Assembly: GCA_000934665.2 (NCBI GenBank)
Contig: KZ537982.1
Coordinates: 124,001-188,000, forward strand
Direction: 5' to 3'
Origin: Catajapyx aquilonaris
Taxonomy: Eukaryota
DNA length: 64,000 bases
The notes under the pieces were generated by a model that was not told the origin of the DNA, searched no databases, and saw nothing but the letters and a program-made list of their open reading frames with translations. Position 1 is the first letter of the stretch. Each line of letters begins with the position of its first letter. Both the position numbers and the translations under genes were made by a program. Of the stretch, positions 60,274 through 64,000 are shown in pieces.

Positions 60274-60994
60274 CATTGACCCGTGTGGGTCAAAGTTAGG
60301 GGAGTGATGTAATAACCCATTATTGTGTAATTGTTGTTTCAATTGCACATTCCATATTGTTAACGTTGTTGTTTGTTGGCATTTCGGATTTGTGTACATT
60401 GTCATTGTTATGATTGTTTGTGTGGTATCGTCGGATATCGTATTCCCGTTGTTAGTAACCAAGGTTGGTATCTATATCTATATTTTAGTTCGTTTGTGAG
60501 TTTGTTTGTCCCTTATACAAATCCAGGACAGAAGGCCCCTACACCGCCTTAAATTAGCATAGGCCTATACATCAAAAGAAAGAGGAAGATGAGGGGAATG
60601 CAACTATGGAAGTGATTTCCCTCGACAATGCAACCAGAAAAAAACGCGCCTCGCTTTACACCGGCGGCCGGTCAAATTTTCGATAATTTGGACCTCGAAA
60701 TATTAGTGATGTATTTGGGCCAGATATTTCATATTTAGTGACACGAATACAGACCCACACAAGTTGCAATATGTCTAGTTTGAAGCTTAGGTCATGAATA
60801 GTTCGTGAGCAAAAAAATTAGAAATAAATGAGAAATATTTAAAGCAGTGCCGGGGAGGGGAGGGGTCATTCCCCCTCCCCTCCGCCGCCTCGCGCGATAT
60901 TTTGTCCATCTCTATACCGCGGGAAGTAACATCGACAGCTTCAACAGGCCAGCGTTGGGAGATAGGCGTGGAGCTTTCACACCGTTTCTCAATA

Positions 60995-61193
60995 CAGGGG
61001 CGGATCCAGACTTTCGATTGGGGGGGGGGGGGGGGTCCCNNNNNNNNNNNNNNNNNNNNNNNNNNNNNNNNNNNNNNNNNNNNNNNNNNNNNNNNNNNNN
61101 NNNNNNNNNNNNNNNNNNNNNNNNNNNNNNNNNNNNNNNNNNNNNNNNNNNNNNNNNNNNNNNNNNNCCCCCCCCCCCTTGGATCCGCCCCTG
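60995..61193. mobile_element. hAT-type MITE spanning an assembly gap
   Basis: Perfect 14-bp inverted repeats CAGGGGCGGATCCA / TGGATCCGCCCCTG and an 8-bp target duplication TCTCAATA (60987-60994, 61194-61201); interior is an N run between G and C homopolymers. Confidence 0.88.
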
Positions 61194-62040
61194 TCTCAAT
61201 ACACCTCAGTGATAATCAGGTGTGACATTTTATTGATAGTCGTTTGGGAACACGCGTTGACGATACTGTACACAAACCGAGGCAATAAATAAAGGTGACT
61301 CGAGCCGAGTCAGGCAGTCAGTCAGTCAGTCAGTCGGCAGAGGTCTAAGAGGTAGGACCTCTCCTCTAAGTAAGTGTAAGTGTAAGACTAAAACCCACTG
61401 ACTGGCTTTCCTATAGCTCTGGTTGAAAAGAAATACATTATTTAATTAATTGTGTTTCATTTCAGGCAAGAGTACCTCTATAGGGATATAGGTCCCTATC
61501 CGCGGTCATATACTCTTGGGCCAGCAGCAACAGGTACCGACAAGAGGACTATCTCCATTTTCTATGTTGACTTCCACCACAACCACAACCTATCGTCACA
61601 TAGGGCCATACATGGGCTTTTATTAACGAAAATAAATGCACTTAGTATCGATTTAATATTATTTCAGATGCCGTGTTGTATTTTATAGCCACAGACTTCT
61701 GAGACGTGCATTTTGTGTATATTAATATGCGCCATCTGTATTTGCATGCGTATTACATTGTAGGTCTGTATTTGTGTCATCTTTTCCTTATATTTATTCC
61801 TCGTAGACTACTCATTCTACAAGGAAATGCCAAGTTGTTGTATGCACAGTAAGATTCATACAAGCTGTATGTAACGAGAAATATATATATATAAAAATGT
61901 ACTTGTGTCCCCTGGGGCCATAGTGAGCGGGGAATATTTGAATCGGTGACTCAACTTCTCAGAACTAGCAGCTTGAGCAGGGGGAAAAACAACACGTGCA
62001 TACAGGTTAAACCATTCACCGTGGCAATCGGCCTAACAAG

Positions 62041-62786
62041 ATGAAGATTTCTGCTCTAACTTTTGCGACTTTTCTGGTGTTGTCAGGAACTCTGGCAGCA
62101 CCTACTGAGGACTGGAACTCCTGCAAGGAAATGGCCCTTTGGTACAGATTGGACATTGAATCAGGAGAGTGCTTGGAGACTGGTAAGAAGACATCATGTG
62201 GCCAGAAAATGATTTTCTACATGCTAGAAGGTAACGACACTCACGGTATGTGTGATTGCGACTACAACCAAGAGTGCGGGAATAACTTGCTCTACTGGCC
62301 CAACCACAATCAATGCTATTGGATGCACCAACAGGTCAGTTTGTACACACTATACAACAGGTTAGTCTCACCACTAATGGTTCGTATAATTATTATTATC
62401 AGGGTCCATGTGCGGATGGAGAATGGTTAACAGTTGACGACAATGGTGAGGCTTTGTGTGAACCGGATCCATGCCCAGGACACAACAAAACTGGTGACCA
62501 CTCTAGCCCTTTCTTCAGCTGGCCAGACGGACAGTGCTATCCTTTACAGAAACAAGGACCGTGTCCAGAAAAGTACATTTTGTGGAAAGATGTTCATGAA
62601 TTTTCGCCTAAATGTCAGAAAGGTGCAGCTTGTTCCATAGCCTTTCCTGCAGTTGCACCATGCAGGCTGGGACACCGGGTTGTGTCTATTGGAAAATGCA
62701 GTTTGACGAATGATAAGGCTGAGAATTTTGATGATTTGTGTCGAGACAGTCACTGGGATCCAGCTACAAAGAAATGTATCATGTAG
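62041..62786 (+). CDS. Cys-rich secreted DUF4789-like protein A2 (intact, 18 Cys)
   Basis: Exons 62041-62334 and 62403-62786; signal peptide; ends HWDPATKKCIM*, followed by AATAAA about 20 nt downstream. Confidence 0.87.
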
Positions 62787-63060
62787 ACGTGGCTTTGAAC
62801 AGGTAAATAAAAGCACAGGCACATCAAAGAGCCAACGTGATTTTGTCTGCATAATATAGAGGCATGAATGTAAGCATGTCTGAAGGTCAGCAAGTAGTTC
62901 AGGAATTTGACACATTTATATTGCGTCATAATTGGAAAATCGTGTAAGAGGCCTACGTAAATCGCTTGTTGTTCCTGGAAGTGGGATGCATAATCAGTTA
63001 TTTAGCGGTTTAGATTAGGGATACCGAGCTAAATAGTTACAGTCTGAAGTGTGACAACAA

Positions 63061-63851
63061 ATGGAGGTTCATCCAGGAGCTGCCTTGTTGCTTCTCACTT
63101 GTGGTATTCTAGTCACCGGAGCACCTCAGGTGACTCGGGTGATACATCACCCTACAAAGTGTTCCAATCCTCTCCAACGTCGAGATCCGACAAGTGGTAA
63201 CTGCATCGACACGGGTGCTGGCACAGAAGGGAATCCTTGCAAGGGAGCCAACATGGCGTTTGTGACACTGGACGACTTGGGAGAGGACGTGTACGGCGGC
63301 TGCAAATGCAACAATTGGAAGGTGTTGGATCGTCAATTGATCTATTGGCCCAAAACGGATTCGTGCTATTTTATGCACACCCAGGTGACTTTTTGCTGAT
63401 ACCCTCATGGTGTTTTGTATACCCTAATAATCCCTAATATTCTCCACAGGGTCCATGTCGGCGAGGAGAATGGTTTACTTTCAACAGACAGGGTGCAGGA
63501 GAATGCAGACCCAACTTATGCCCTGGATACGACATCGATAATGGCCTGTATTTTTCATGGCCCGATGGTAAATGCTACCTTCAAGGGCACCAGAGTCATC
63601 CCTGCCCGGAAGGCTATTTTTTACGCGTAGCTGAAGGTGGCACATACCCGTCATGTGTCAAGAACAATCGCAAACGCAGAACTCTTATTGATGCTACTTT
63701 TCGGCTTCTAATGATATGTCAATCTGGACATCGTCGTGATTTTCTTGGCAAATGTAGGAGATTCAAAACGTTTAAGAATTCTAGAGTCGAAGGCCTGTGT
63801 GGTGAAGGTTTGCAATGGCATCCGATTAGACAAGCATGCTTGAAAGTATAG
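63061..63851 (+). CDS. Cys-rich secreted DUF4789-like protein B2 (16 Cys, internal RKRR)
   Basis: Exons 63061-63384 and 63450-63851. Exon 2 translated by hand is open: GPCRRGEW...PSCVKNNRKRRTLIDATFRLLMICQSGHRRDFLGKCRRFKTF...WHPIRQACLKV*. Confidence 0.85.
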
Positions 63852-64000
63852 TACCACTATAAGGACGTTCGGAGTACCGCTGATAGTGTGCCTGTTCATA
63901 AATTAAGCCTAACATAATGTCTGTTAAAGAGTATAGATATAGATATAATAAAATTCATTTCCCAGTGAATGTTTTTAAAAGCATGACGGTTGCCGCTCAT

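Larger units (their letters stand above)
59821..61757 (+). mobile_element. Probable LTR-retroelement remnant (end of internal region, polypurine tract, LTR-like sequence); right boundary uncertain
   Basis: AAAGTTAGGGGAGTGA directly followed by TGTAATA (60308), a PPT/LTR-start pattern; AATAAA near 61284 then (CAGT)n; TATTACA at 61751-61757 is the reverse complement of the start. No RT or integrase sequence seen. Confidence 0.4.

Noticed and set aside
59752..60320. Phe-rich and Ser/His-rich minus-strand ORFs
   Set aside because: Reverse frames of the purine minisatellite.
60847..61225. ORFs containing X runs
   Set aside because: They cross the N gap inside the hAT MITE.

Overview
Eukaryotic, intron-rich DNA, most likely from a non-dipteran arthropod. 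Most ORF-track entries are spurious, so genes were rebuilt from splice sites. Left to right: (1) the 3' part of a yorkie/YAP gene (+), whose TEAD-binding exons appear to lie upstream of the window; it has a 26-Gln tract, a candidate 45-nt cassette exon and a vertebrate-like C-terminus; (2) a complete endosomal Na+/H+ exchanger gene (Nhe3/SLC9A6-7-9 type, +) with a U12 AT-AC intron; (3) two tandem secreted carboxylesterase-fold genes (-), both lacking the catalytic Ser and His; (4) a cluster of two-exon, secreted DUF4789-like proteins on an 18-Cys framework (A1, B1, an orphan fragment, disrupted B', A2, B2) with a C-terminal C-x2-G-x6-G-x-C cytokine/secapin-like motif. In B2 one Cys pair is lost and a furin site (RKRR) is present just before that motif. 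Mobile DNA: a tRNA-derived SINE, a truncated non-LTR insertion, Tigger-like and hAT-like MITEs, and a probable LTR-element remnant. All family assignments come from motif recognition by eye, without database searches.
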